A stretch of 64,000 nt of DNA from Nitrospirota bacterium (GTDB lineage Bacteria > Nitrospirota > UBA9217): the NCBI GenBank assembly GCA_963754875.1, contig CAVWHO010000021.1:64001-128000 (forward strand), read 5' to 3'. Shown one piece after another: positions 40,845 to 50,813 of the stretch (within the stretch, counting starts at the first letter, position 1; the number at the start of each line of letters is the position of its first letter). Under the pieces are notes generated by a model. It made no database searches. It saw only the letters and a list, made by a program, of their open reading frames with translations, and was not told the origin of the DNA. Both the position numbers and the translations under genes were made by a program.

Positions 40845-41921
40845 ATGAAGACTGATAAACTAATATCCAAAGTAACAAGAGGCGAACGCCTCGCCCCGGA
40901 AGAAGGTCTTGCCCTTTTCAAACAATCTGACCTCCTCACCTTGGGCGAGCTTGCGAACAGCATTCGGCAGCGTCTGCATCCGGAACGGCTGGTGACCTTC
41001 ATCGTTGACCGGAACATCAACTACACGAATATCTGCATTAATCGTTGCAAATTCTGTGCGTTCTACCGTGATGTTGACAGTCCAGAAGCGTATATTCTGT
41101 CGAAAGACGATATTTTCAAAAAGATCGAGGAAACCATCGCACAGAGCGGAACCCAGATTCTCATGCAAGGCGGGGTGCATCCCGATCTCGGCATTGAGTA
41201 TTTCGAAGACCTGTTCTCGTCGATTAAAGAACGTTTCACTATCCAGATCCATTCTCTTTCCCCTGCCGAGATATCATTTCTTGCGAAAAAAGCAAATATA
41301 AGCGTTCTCGATACTCTTACGCGCCTAAGGGCTTCCGGTCTGGATTCGATTCCCGGAGGAGGCGCTGAGATCCTTGTGGACAGGGTCAGAAAAAAAGTGA
41401 GTCCAAATAAAATCCGTTGGAAACAGTGGGCGGAGGTAATGAGGACAGCCCAGCAAATCGGCATGCCTACGACCGCCACGATGATGTTCGGCAGCCTGGA
41501 AACAGACAAGGAGATCATTGAACATTTGGTCAGGCTCCGAGATGTTCAGGATGAGACCCGTGGATTTACTGCCTTTATCCCCTGGACCTATCAGCCGGGC
41601 AATACCGAACTGGGAGGCAGGTCTGCCACGGCAGTGGAATATCTGAAAGTGCTCGCACTGTCGCGCATCATGCTCGACAATTTTGACAACATCCAGGCGT
41701 CGTGGGTAACTCAAGGAGCGAAAATAGCACAAGTAGCATTGGAATTCGGTGCGAATGACTTCGGCAGCACCATGATCGAGGAGAATGTCGTTGCCGCAGC
41801 AGGAGTTTCCTTCAGGATGACCAAACAAGAGATCATGAATGTCATCAGAGATGCAGGATATATTCCAGCACAACGTGATACCAGATACAATATTCTGAAG
41901 AAGTATGACCTCAAGTTATAA
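40845..41921 (+). CDS. mqnC: Cyclic dehypoxanthine futalosine synthase
   Basis: DRNINYTNICINRCKFC, QASWVTQG, DFGSTMIEENVV. Confidence 0.95.
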   Translation: MKTDKLISKVTRGERLAPEEGLALFKQSDLLTLGELANSIRQRLHPERLVTFIVDRNINYTNICINRCKFCAFYRDVDSPEAYILSKDDIFKKIEETIAQSGTQILMQGGVHPDLGIEYFEDLFSSIKERFTIQIHSLSPAEISFLAKKANISVLDTLTRLRASGLDSIPGGGAEILVDRVRKKVSPNKIRWKQWAEVMRTAQQIGMPTTATMMFGSLETDKEIIEHLVRLRDVQDETRGFTAFIPWTYQPGNTELGGRSATAVEYLKVLALSRIMLDNFDNIQASWVTQGAKIAQVALEFGANDFGSTMIEENVVAAAGVSFRMTKQEIMNVIRDAGYIPAQRDTRYNILKKYDLKL

Positions 41922-42198
41922 TATTAGGTTAGAAAAAAAGGTAACATTACTGACCACGTTGCGTATTTTCCCCACCTTGGAAAAAGCAACTGATATAACC
42001 CTTGCCCCATATTTCTAAAGCAATTCTTCTCTGCTACAAAAAAACATCGAAGAACTAGAGGCTTATCCTTGCTTTACACAAAGTATGTTGATAACCTGTT
42101 ATTAACTCTGTTAATATCTTTTTTTTAGATGCTACATACGTAACGAAAATGTAATTTGCACAATAAATAGGCATAAATTGTTTTTTAATATCAGTATG

Positions 42199-43476
42199 TT
42201 ATAAAATTTTTGCGAAATTCCCCTCTGTTTTTACATCTTTAATGAGTACATTAATTTTTTTGCCGATATGTGCCGATTCAGCACCCGAAATTTGTACTCT
42301 TATATAGTTATCTGTGAGGCCTGAGAGCAACCCAGATTGAGCGTCTGCCTTGTCTTCAACTACAACCTTCAATGACATGCCGATATGCTTCTTTCTAAAA
42401 GCAAGGTTTTTCTTCATACCGAGGTTCCGTAGTTCTTCGCTGCGTCTCTTTTTTACCTGATCAGGCACCTGATTTTCCATATCAGCTGCTGCTGTTCCCG
42501 GACGCGGCGAAAAACTGAAAACATGCAGGTGGGTGAGAGGTGTTTTCTCTACGAGTTCGAGCGTATTATTAAATTCTGTGTTCCCTTCTCCGGGATAGCC
42601 AACCATAATGTCCGCGCCGAGTGCGATTCCGGGTACTTGATTCGCAATCCGTCCAAGCAGTCCAAGATAAAAATTGGCGGAATAATCGCGCTTCATTGAC
42701 GCCAGAACAGAGTCGTCACCGCTCTGGAGCGGAATATGCAGATGTCTGCAGAGACCGGAACCGAGCATACTGATCATCCCGTCCGTTATTTCTCTGGGTT
42801 CGATGGAACTCAGGCGTATACGGGATCCTCCCCGCTTTGCAATCAGCATTTTGACCAGGCTCGTGAGATCAGTCTGGTCAGGTAGATCGATGCCATACGA
42901 GCCGATATGGATGCCGGTGAGCACAATTTCAGGACACTCATCCTTCACAAGACGATCAAATTCCTTAATGACTTCTTCCGGATGAGCACTCCGGGAACTG
43001 CCCCGCGCAAGAGGTACGATGCAATAGGAACACTGATTGTTACAACCGTCTTGGACCTTGAGAAACTCGCGCGTCCTGCCGGGGACGGACTGTACCTGAG
43101 TATTGTTCTTTATTAAACGTCCGTTACTTGCCGGTGAAGTGATAGACGACATGATTTGTTCGGAAATTGTCGCTTTATCGCGATTATCGAATACGAAATC
43201 TACTCCTGGTATTTTTTTAATTTCATCGGGCCGCGTAGAAGCATAACAACCGGTAACGACAACTTTTGCGCCCTGACCGCGTCGTACTGTTGACCTGATT
43301 GTCTGGCGGCACTGGTAGTCGCTTTTTGCGGTGACCGAGCAGGTATTGATGATATAGACATCCGCCTCGGCATCGAAGGGAACGATCCTGTTTCCCCGTG
43401 CTTCAAAGTCCTGGCGCAAAACGTCCGTTTCATACTGGTTGATCTTGCATCCGAGGGTCGTAAAGGCTATTCGCAT
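42199..43476 (-). CDS. mtaB: tRNA t6A methylthiotransferase
   Basis: TLGCKINQYE, KVQDGCNNQCSYC, RLSSIEP, HLHIPLQSG. Confidence 0.92.
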   Translation of the reverse strand: MRIAFTTLGCKINQYETDVLRQDFEARGNRIVPFDAEADVYIINTCSVTAKSDYQCRQTIRSTVRRGQGAKVVVTGCYASTRPDEIKKIPGVDFVFDNRDKATISEQIMSSITSPASNGRLIKNNTQVQSVPGRTREFLKVQDGCNNQCSYCIVPLARGSSRSAHPEEVIKEFDRLVKDECPEIVLTGIHIGSYGIDLPDQTDLTSLVKMLIAKRGGSRIRLSSIEPREITDGMISMLGSGLCRHLHIPLQSGDDSVLASMKRDYSANFYLGLLGRIANQVPGIALGADIMVGYPGEGNTEFNNTLELVEKTPLTHLHVFSFSPRPGTAAADMENQVPDQVKKRRSEELRNLGMKKNLAFRKKHIGMSLKVVVEDKADAQSGLLSGLTDNYIRVQISGAESAHIGKKINVLIKDVKTEGNFAKIL

Positions 43477-44778
43477 AACTGGCCGGTGAGGGAGCTTAAT
43501 CCAGCGGAGGTTATTGTTACGCTGACAAGCGAGCCGATGAGCGAGGCGGGAGCCGCAACATTTACCACCTTGTTTCCCCGTGTCCTTCCAGTAAGTTTCC
43601 CGCCCTTTTTGCTCGATGCCGTCGATGAGTATTTCTCTGACAGTACCGACCTGGGCCTTATTTTTTTCAATCGTGATCTCTTTCTGGAGCGACAGGACCT
43701 GATCCAGCCTTTTTTCCTTGATGTCTTCCGGCACGTGGTCTGCCAACTTGAGCGCGACGGTCCCCGGCCTCTTCGAATACTTGAATGCAAAGATGCCGTC
43801 GTAGCGAACATCCTTGAGCAAATGTATGGTCCGTTCAAAGTCCTGATCTTTCTCACCCGGAAACCCGACGATAATATCCGTGGTCAGAGCAATGTCAGGG
43901 ACCGACGTCCGCAGTTTCTTTATCCTGTCCAGGTATTCGTTGCGGGAATATTTTCTGTTCATGGCAGAAAGAATGCGGTCCGAGCCGCTCTGGACGGGTA
44001 AGTGCAGTGATTCGCAGACCTTGGGGATATCTCGTAGTGCATTCACCAGCCTGTCCGACAGGTCTCGGGGATGTGAAGTCACGAACCTGACGCGCTCAAT
44101 GCCGTCAATCTCGTTCACCAGCCGCAGGAGCTCCGGGAAATCAATATCTTCTTCCAGGCCTTTTCCGTACGAGTTCACGTTCTGGCCCAGCAACGTCACT
44201 TCTTTAAAACCCTTCAACGCAAGATCGCGGACTTCACTCACGATGTCGTTCGGTCGACGAGACCGTTCCCTGCCCCGAAGATACGGCACAACGCAGTAGG
44301 TGCAAAAATTATCGCACCCATACATGATGGAAACCCATGCTTTCAATCCGTCGGCGCGTGCAGTCGGGATACGTTTCCGGTGGTAATCGGGGTCTCCGGT
44401 AGTGTCGATCAAGGGAGCAGGCCGCAAGAGCTTCTGGTCTACCAGCGATGACAGCTTCCCGATGTCGGACGGGCCGAATATCATATCAACATAGGGAGCA
44501 CGGGTCAGAATCCGGGCGCCTTCCTGCTGGGCGATGCATCCGGCGACGGCAATCTTGAGCCCGGGATTGGCAGCCTTGAGATGCTTCAACCTGCCGAGCT
44601 CGCTGTAAAATTTCTGTTCCGCTTTTTCACGAATGCTGCACGTATTCAGAATGATCATGTCCGCACCTTCGGCGCCGGATAGCGAAGAGCAACCTCGCTC
44701 TTCGAGAATTCCCGTCATCCGCTCGGAATCATGCTCATTCATCTGGCATCCGAAAGTAATAATATGGAACGATTTCAT
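43467..44778 (-). CDS. miaB: tRNA i6A methylthiotransferase, frameshifted near 43620
   Basis: TFGCQMN.HDSE, CSIREKAE, GCDNFCTYC; TRAM domain (GRTRGNKVV..SLTG) in other frame ending at 43467. Confidence 0.92.
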
Positions 44779-44784
44779 GGCAAC

Positions 44785-44813
44785 ATTATAATCCGCTGCT
44801 GGGAGTTAAACAA
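44785..44813 (-). promoter_or_regulatory. Promoter for miaB, probably leaderless
   Basis: TTGTTT-N17-TATAAT, 6 nt before ATG. Confidence 0.65.
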
Positions 44814-44859
44814 GAGGTATGTCGGAAAGAACCGAACGGAAGAGCAACGATGTGCATTA

Positions 44860-45657
44860 TCACGAAATAACCATACGGACGACTTCTCCGCGCTTGATTG
44901 CCAGGGCCGTGCGGGCGTTTTGCCGATACAGAAATATTTCGAGAGCACCCGAGTTGTTCACAATCGCTCCGGGTTCACCAGGGGCCGCTTCTGCATAATA
45001 TTTTTTCAATCCCTTTATTTCTTTGCCTGCGGCGGTGACCGTCGCGGCGCTCAAATCAGTACCTTCGGACATGAACGGCTGGATATGCTTGTGGGTAATG
45101 TTCGTGATAAGGTTGCCGAACCGGTCGATGTGCACAATGTTGCCTTCAATGCTGTTGCCGCTGACTTTCGGAGAAGGAATATTCAGTTTTGTGTAATCGG
45201 TAATTTCTTCGCCGAAATTCCCCGATGGGATACCCTTGGCAAGCCAGCCGGCAACGGGCGCAAAAACGTCCCTGCCGTGAAACGTGGGGCCCGGGTTCGG
45301 CAGAAAATAGTGCGTCGAGGTGATGTGATGTATTCTCAGCCGTTCCGCTTCCTGGTAAATGAGGCTGAACAGGCCATTGTCAGGACCAACGAAATAAAAA
45401 CTTTCAGTCACGGCAATGATCGGTCTCCTGCCGCTGCCCACACCGGGGTCGACGATAGCAAGATGAACAGTTCCCTTCGGGAAATGGCTGTAAGCGGACT
45501 TCAGCGTGTATGCTGCTTCCCAGATGTCCTGCGGGCCAATTTCGTTGGAAATGTCTATGATCTGCGTCTGAGGGTTAATTTTAAGTATAACCCCTTTCAC
45601 GCTGGCCGTGAAGCCATCTCTGCTGCCGAAGTCGGTTGTAAGAGTAATAATCGGCAT
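44860..45657 (-). CDS. SAM hydrolase / chlorinase-fluorinase (DUF62) family
   Basis: LTTDFG, VDPGVG..RR, GPDNG, TFHGRDVF, IDRFGN. Confidence 0.92.
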   Translation of the reverse strand: MPIITLTTDFGSRDGFTASVKGVILKINPQTQIIDISNEIGPQDIWEAAYTLKSAYSHFPKGTVHLAIVDPGVGSGRRPIIAVTESFYFVGPDNGLFSLIYQEAERLRIHHITSTHYFLPNPGPTFHGRDVFAPVAGWLAKGIPSGNFGEEITDYTKLNIPSPKVSGNSIEGNIVHIDRFGNLITNITHKHIQPFMSEGTDLSAATVTAAGKEIKGLKKYYAEAAPGEPGAIVNNSGALEIFLYRQNARTALAIKRGEVVRMVIS

Positions 45658-45689
45658 CTGATCCTCGATGGTGAATAAAAGATGGAGGA

Positions 45690-45718
45690 ATAATAACAGT
45701 ACATCTTTGCTTTGTCAA
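45690..45718 (-). promoter_or_regulatory. Sigma70-type promoter for DUF62 gene
   Basis: TTGACA-N17-TATTAT with TGn extension. Confidence 0.6.
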
Positions 45719-45856
45719 TCCAAAGATACAGCCAAAGATGCAGCTGAAAATTTACTCTTGCCAGAAGCGCGATTTTTCGGAGTTTGCCTTGACAAAGACG
45801 GCGGGTATGTTATGCTTTGAACAAATTTCGTTGAATTTATTATCGGAGGTGTCCAC

Positions 45857-46204
45857 ATGAAAAGAAGCGCTCTGTTTGTTCTCATTGTTCTGGTAACTGT
45901 TGTCGGTGTCAATATCGTGTTTGCCGCGGAAGGTGCTTCAATAGAAAAAGGGAAGGCATTATTTAATGACCTCAAGCTCGGCACCACGGGGAAATCATGC
46001 AATACCTGTCACCCTGACGGGAAAAATATTCAGCAAGCGGGGACCAAGAGCAACCTCGACCAGATCGTAAATGCATGTATTACGCATTCGATCAAGGGCA
46101 AAGCCCTTGACCCGCAGTCCGTAGAAATGCAATCACTTCTTCTCTATATCAGGAGCCTTGGCGCCAAACCTGCTGCAAAAGCCAAACCGGCTGTGGGATG
46201 TTAA
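45857..46204 (+). CDS. Exported monoheme c-type cytochrome
   Basis: GGAGG SD, signal peptide (VFA), CNTCH. Confidence 0.88.
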   Translation: MKRSALFVLIVLVTVVGVNIVFAAEGASIEKGKALFNDLKLGTTGKSCNTCHPDGKNIQQAGTKSNLDQIVNACITHSIKGKALDPQSVEMQSLLLYIRSLGAKPAAKAKPAVGC

Positions 46205-46244
46205 TTATCATTCCTGATTGTCTGCTATCACTTCCCTGGCCATG

Positions 46245-46919
46245 TCAGGGAAGTGATAGAATTTTGTCAACTAGGGGTACGAAGTTTTTCTCGTCATAAG
46301 AAACATTGCCCAGAATAGGCAGTTTTGACAGTTTTGCGATTACTGAAAAGCTTGTTTTTTCCGCCAATCCCGCTTTTTCATCAGCAGCATAGTTGATGAT
46401 AATGCCCGCAATCGAGATGTCCCGCACTCGAAGCGCAGAAACAGTCAACAGTGTGTGGTTGATAGTTCCGAGTCCCGGCCTTGCTACGATCACAACCGGC
46501 AGCCTCAGTGTATAAGCGAGGTCCTGGTACGTATAACGAGGTGACAACGGCACCATGATACCACCTGCCCCTTCAACGATCATGAATTCATGCCTCTTGC
46601 AGAGGGTCTTGAATGAACGGATAATTATTCTCGGATCGATCTTTTTCCCGGCGCGTTCAGCGGCGACAGAAGGCGCAAGCGGTTCCCTGAATCTATAGGG
46701 GTTGATGAGAGCGAGGGAGTCGTTACATCCTGCAGCCTTCATAAGGCGCACTGCGTCAGCGGGGACCAGTCTTCCGGCCCGATGACGGCAGCCGGTCTCT
46801 GCGGGCTTCATCACCCCGACGTTTATGTCCCGGTCACGCAGACCTGACGCCAGACCTTTGGCAATGTAGGTTTTCCCAACGCCAGTGTCCGTTCCTGTTA
46901 TAAAAATACCTTTGGTCAT
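46245..46919 (-). CDS. bioD: Dethiobiotin synthase
   Basis: TGTDTGVGKT, KP.ETG, VEGAGG, LGTINHT. Confidence 0.96.
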   Translation of the reverse strand: MTKGIFITGTDTGVGKTYIAKGLASGLRDRDINVGVMKPAETGCRHRAGRLVPADAVRLMKAAGCNDSLALINPYRFREPLAPSVAAERAGKKIDPRIIIRSFKTLCKRHEFMIVEGAGGIMVPLSPRYTYQDLAYTLRLPVVIVARPGLGTINHTLLTVSALRVRDISIAGIIINYAADEKAGLAEKTSFSVIAKLSKLPILGNVSYDEKNFVPLVDKILSLP

Positions 46920-46962
46920 ATGATGCTTCCGCAAAGTGCATGGAGTACGGGTGTTCCTCTGC

Positions 46963-47703
46963 TCAGAGCACCCTGCTGTCAAGATTAAAGACTTGTCCCG
47001 AGACATTATTCATCAGGGATAGACGATAAACAAAATCTGCAACCTCGTCCGGTTCAGAGATTCTGCCGAGTGCGTTCTCCCCGAGTATCCGAGCAAGTAC
47101 AGCATCTGATATTTTCTCCCCCATGTCGGTCGGTATATACCCTGGCAAAAGGGCATTTACTTTTATATTAAAGCGGCCCAGTTCCTGTGCGCAGGCTTTC
47201 GTGAAACCGATAAGGCCCGCTTTTGAGGCCGAATAGTTGGCCTGCCCTTCTCTGCCTTGAATACCCGTAATGGAAGAAATATTTATAATATGGCCTTGCT
47301 TTTGTTTGACCATAACTTTGGCTGCAGCGCGGACACAATGGAACGGGCCAGAGAGATTCGTGGCAATCACATCGTCCCAATCATTTTCTGCCATCCGGAG
47401 AACAACACGGTCTCGTGTCATGCCGGCGTTGTTTATGAGAATGTCTACGGTCCCCCATCGTTCGACCGTGTCACTGATCATCTTGTCTACGGCAACGCTG
47501 ATTCCGACATCGGCACAACTGGAAAAAGATTCCCCTCCCAGATGCTGAATCTCGTCGACGACAACAGCTGCTTCCTGTTCACGGGAAAGATAATTCACCA
47601 CGACGCGGTCGCCGCTCCTTCCGAAACAAAGGGCGATCGATTTGCCCAAACCGCGCGAGGCCCCGGTCACAATGACAACCCGGTTTTTCCCGGCCGGCTT
47701 CAC
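46963..47703 (-). CDS. FabG-like short-chain reductase
   Basis: TGASRGLG, NNAG, YSASK. Confidence 0.9.
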   Translation of the reverse strand: MKPAGKNRVVIVTGASRGLGKSIALCFGRSGDRVVVNYLSREQEAAVVVDEIQHLGGESFSSCADVGISVAVDKMISDTVERWGTVDILINNAGMTRDRVVLRMAENDWDDVIATNLSGPFHCVRAAAKVMVKQKQGHIINISSITGIQGREGQANYSASKAGLIGFTKACAQELGRFNIKVNALLPGYIPTDMGEKISDAVLARILGENALGRISEPDEVADFVYRLSLMNNVSGQVFNLDSRVL

Positions 47704-48860
47704 GTGAGCAACCCCTTTTCACGTACGTTCCTAACAGCAGCCAGCGCTGCATCTATATCCTGATCTGAAAAATTTGCCATGACTGTCATCCGTATTCTCG
47801 AGGTACCCTCCGGTACCGTGGGCGGTCTGATAGCGGTTGCAAAAATCCCAGACTCGAACAATGTTGCCCCTGCTTTCAGCGCCTTCTCCGCATCACCTAC
47901 CATCAAGGGCAGAATGGGCGTTTTCGAACAACCTATTTCGATTCCGAGAGAGTTCAAACCTGCAATAAGACGTTCTCGATTGCGCCAGAGTTTTTCTCTC
48001 CTCGCGGGATCGTTTTCGACGATTTTAAGCGCAGCAAGCGAGGCAGCACAGACAGCAGGAGGAAGCGCAGTACTGAAGATGTAGCTTCGGGAGCGATTAA
48101 TGAGAAAGTCTATGAGGTCCCTGTTCCCGGCAACATAAGCCCCGAAGGAACCGAGGGCCTTTCCGAGAGTGCCCATCTGTATGGGAACACGGCCTTCCAG
48201 ACCGAAATGCTCAACAGTCCCCCGGCCGCCTTCCCCGAGTACTCCAGTGGCATGCGCATCATCAACCATCAGGAGTGCGTCATATTTTTCTGCAAGTGCG
48301 ACGAGGTCCGGAAGTGGAGCAATGTCCCCATCCATGCTGAAAACGCCGTCCGTGACGATCAGCCTCCTTCGGGCTACGGCGGAATCCTTCAGCAGCGTCT
48401 CCAGGTGGTCCATATCCTTGTGAGCGAAGACCTTAAGAGAAGCCCTGCTGAGACGACAGCCATCGATAATGCTCGCGTGGTTCAAGCTGTCACTGAAGAC
48501 CGCATCCCCTTCCTGCGCAAGTGCGGTAATGACACCCGTGTTTGCTGCGTATCCTGAATTGAAAAGGATTGCAGCTTCTGTTTTTTTGAACTGCGATAAT
48601 TTTTGTTCCAGTTCCTGGTGAAGCCCACTCGTGCCGGAAACCAGGCGGGATGCGCCCGAGCCGAAGCCATATTTTTCCATGGCCGATATCGCTGCTTCTT
48701 TGAGTGCGGGATGCTGTGAAAGGCCGAGATAGTTATTGGAACACATGAGCAGCAGGCTCCTGCGGTTGATCGTAATTTTGGGTCCATCATACGATTCCAC
48801 AATGAGCGGCCTTCTGAGGAGGTGCTGCTTTTCCAATTGTGACAATTCGTGTTCAAACAT
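47700..48860 (-). CDS. bioF: 8-amino-7-oxononanoate synthase
   Basis: SNNYLGL, NHASIIDG, DDAH, GTLGKALG, IRPPTVP. Confidence 0.96.
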   Translation of the reverse strand: MFEHELSQLEKQHLLRRPLIVESYDGPKITINRRSLLLMCSNNYLGLSQHPALKEAAISAMEKYGFGSGASRLVSGTSGLHQELEQKLSQFKKTEAAILFNSGYAANTGVITALAQEGDAVFSDSLNHASIIDGCRLSRASLKVFAHKDMDHLETLLKDSAVARRRLIVTDGVFSMDGDIAPLPDLVALAEKYDALLMVDDAHATGVLGEGGRGTVEHFGLEGRVPIQMGTLGKALGSFGAYVAGNRDLIDFLINRSRSYIFSTALPPAVCAASLAALKIVENDPARREKLWRNRERLIAGLNSLGIEIGCSKTPILPLMVGDAEKALKAGATLFESGIFATAIRPPTVPEGTSRIRMTVMANFSDQDIDAALAAVRNVREKGLLT

Positions 48861-48867
48861 AGGTTCT

Positions 48868-49692
48868 TTATGAATGTCCGGTCAGGGATTCACTATATTC
48901 TTCAAGTCCGATCGCTGCATTGAATCTGCCGGTCTCATTGATGATGACGGGTTCGCTCTGCAAGTGCTCGATCAATGCGTCAAGGACCAGTTTTGTCGGA
49001 TCAACAAAAATTACCCGCCCGCCCTTTTGGTCGTCCTTTTTTTTGAGATGGGGAAAGCGTACATACCCCTGCAGAGATGCAACATACCCTGCTGTGTAAT
49101 CTGGATCATCGGACCAGCAAAGCTCGGCGATAACAGCCGGAGCGTTAGCGACTTTGGTAGCCAGGGCGAGAGCTTCGCGGGTGCGGAAATGCGTAAGGCC
49201 CAAGGCATGAAGACGCTCGTTGACCAGGGTGGAAGCGCTATCGGCATAATCAAACCGCGAGACACGTATACCACGTTCCTGGTCCGGTTCAAGCCGTTCG
49301 CCGTTTTGGGCATCCATGACGATAGAGCCGCGCATAGTTTTTCCTGAAGGAGAAGCACCGTTGCTGAGCAAGGTGATCGCCCGGCTCACGGCTTGGCCTG
49401 ATACGCCGAGTTTCTTAAGGGTCATGGCTGCTGCTGTTCTGCCTGCATGCAGTTCCGGGGCATTCACCGTAAGGACGTCAAGAGCGCTCAAGAACCGGAC
49501 TGGCAAGTTCTGAAGACTCTCAATATTGATCGCAATGGTGCCGGGGAGAATGCCTTTCGACCTGGCGCGGGCAAGTAGGCTTTTCACAATGTCGTCAATG
49601 TTTTTGGCGCAGGAAATCCTCTCTGCGCCTGAGATGTGCTGTTCGCCTTTCGATGCCCGCATACGGATGCTGTAGAGCGTTTCCTCTGTCAT
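48868..49692 (-). CDS. bioW: 6-carboxyhexanoate (pimelate)-CoA ligase
   Basis: YSIRMRAS, HISGAER, EALALATKV, ELCWSDDPDY..GY, GGR. Confidence 0.93.
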   Translation of the reverse strand: MTEETLYSIRMRASKGEQHISGAERISCAKNIDDIVKSLLARARSKGILPGTIAINIESLQNLPVRFLSALDVLTVNAPELHAGRTAAAMTLKKLGVSGQAVSRAITLLSNGASPSGKTMRGSIVMDAQNGERLEPDQERGIRVSRFDYADSASTLVNERLHALGLTHFRTREALALATKVANAPAVIAELCWSDDPDYTAGYVASLQGYVRFPHLKKKDDQKGGRVIFVDPTKLVLDALIEHLQSEPVIINETGRFNAAIGLEEYSESLTGHS

Positions 49693-49695
49693 GAC

Positions 49696-50673
49696 TCAAA
49701 TGTGGAGGTCCAGATGCTGCAGCATGTGGAGATCATCTGCAGGATCCAAACCCGACGTTGTAAGGTAATTTCCGATCATAAATCCATCTGCTCCTGCTGC
49801 AAAAATAAGCGGATGGAGCTGCCCGAGAGTTGTTCCCCGCCCCCCGCAAACGCGGATCTCCTTTTCAGGCAGGATCAGGCGAAAGAGGGCGAGCGAGTGA
49901 AGCGCTTCGAGAGGTGAGATTGCGCTGATCTTCTCAAAGGGAGTCCCCTTGATCGGCATGAGAAAATTGATCGGTACGGAATCCACATCGATCTCGCGCA
50001 GGGTCATCGCCATCTTGATCCGGTCTTCCATGCTCTCTCCCATGCCGAGAATTCCGCCGCTGCAAAGAGACAGTCCCAGACGCCGGGCATGGCCCAGCAC
50101 TTCGAGCCGCTCTTCGAAGGTATGAGTGGTGCAGACACGGGGAAAGTAGTTTCTCGATGTTTCGATATTATGGTGAAAACGGTGCAAGCCGGCCTGTTTG
50201 AGATAGGAAAGCTGTTCTTTTGTGAGCGAGCCCAGTGTCGCACAGGGAGACAGGCCCATCTCGCGGACCGTCCGAATGCCTCGTGCGATATTTTCAAGGT
50301 CTGATTGCGTATCAATACCTCGGCCGCTGGTCACGATGCAAAATCGCTTTGCATGATTTTTTTTTGCACTCTTGGCCGCTTCCGCAATGCGGTCTACGGA
50401 AATGAGCGGATAGACCGAGACGTTGGTCGAGTGATGCACGGACTGTGCACAGTAAGCGCAATCTTCGCTGCAGGCGCCTGATTTTGCGTTTACGATCGAG
50501 CACAGATCGATCGATTTCCCGCGAAAGTGTTCGCGAATCTTACCAACGACCGCGAACAGGTCCCACAGGTCGGCACCGGAAATACGGGACAATTCTCTTG
50601 CATCGGCATAATCAACCTGTCTACCCTTTAAAACGCCGCCAAGAAGACTGCTCAGTTGTTGTCGTGTTTTCAT
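49696..50673 (-). CDS. bioB: Biotin synthase
   Basis: KSGACSEDCAYCAQS, HHNIET, CSGGILGMGE, VPINFL. Confidence 0.97.
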   Translation of the reverse strand: MKTRQQLSSLLGGVLKGRQVDYADARELSRISGADLWDLFAVVGKIREHFRGKSIDLCSIVNAKSGACSEDCAYCAQSVHHSTNVSVYPLISVDRIAEAAKSAKKNHAKRFCIVTSGRGIDTQSDLENIARGIRTVREMGLSPCATLGSLTKEQLSYLKQAGLHRFHHNIETSRNYFPRVCTTHTFEERLEVLGHARRLGLSLCSGGILGMGESMEDRIKMAMTLREIDVDSVPINFLMPIKGTPFEKISAISPLEALHSLALFRLILPEKEIRVCGGRGTTLGQLHPLIFAAGADGFMIGNYLTTSGLDPADDLHMLQHLDLHI

Positions 50674-50702
50674 TGGCTATCTTTTACCTGAAGACAAGGT
50701 GG

Positions 50703-50735
50703 TTGTCAACCTATTTCACCCATGATGGTTAACAA
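50703..50735. promoter_or_regulatory. BirA operator
   Basis: TTGTCAACC-N15-GGTTAACAA palindrome directly upstream of bioB; matches BirA box consensus. Confidence 0.88.
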
Positions 50736-50813
50736 TTGGATGTTGATAATTCTGCGAGCTTCTATTTTATCGTCAAGAAGGTTAGTGGGTTCGAGACGGC
50801 CCTTATTTCGGGG

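Noticed and set aside
42199..44778. 859-aa MiaB-MtaB fusion in the ORF track
   Set aside because: The junction is out-of-frame junk; the true MiaB TRAM domain is in another frame and mtaB has its own ATG at 43476
44860..45657. Halogenase (fluorinase/chlorinase) interpretation
   Set aside because: Housekeeping context and TFHGRD motif favour the common DUF62 SAM hydrolase
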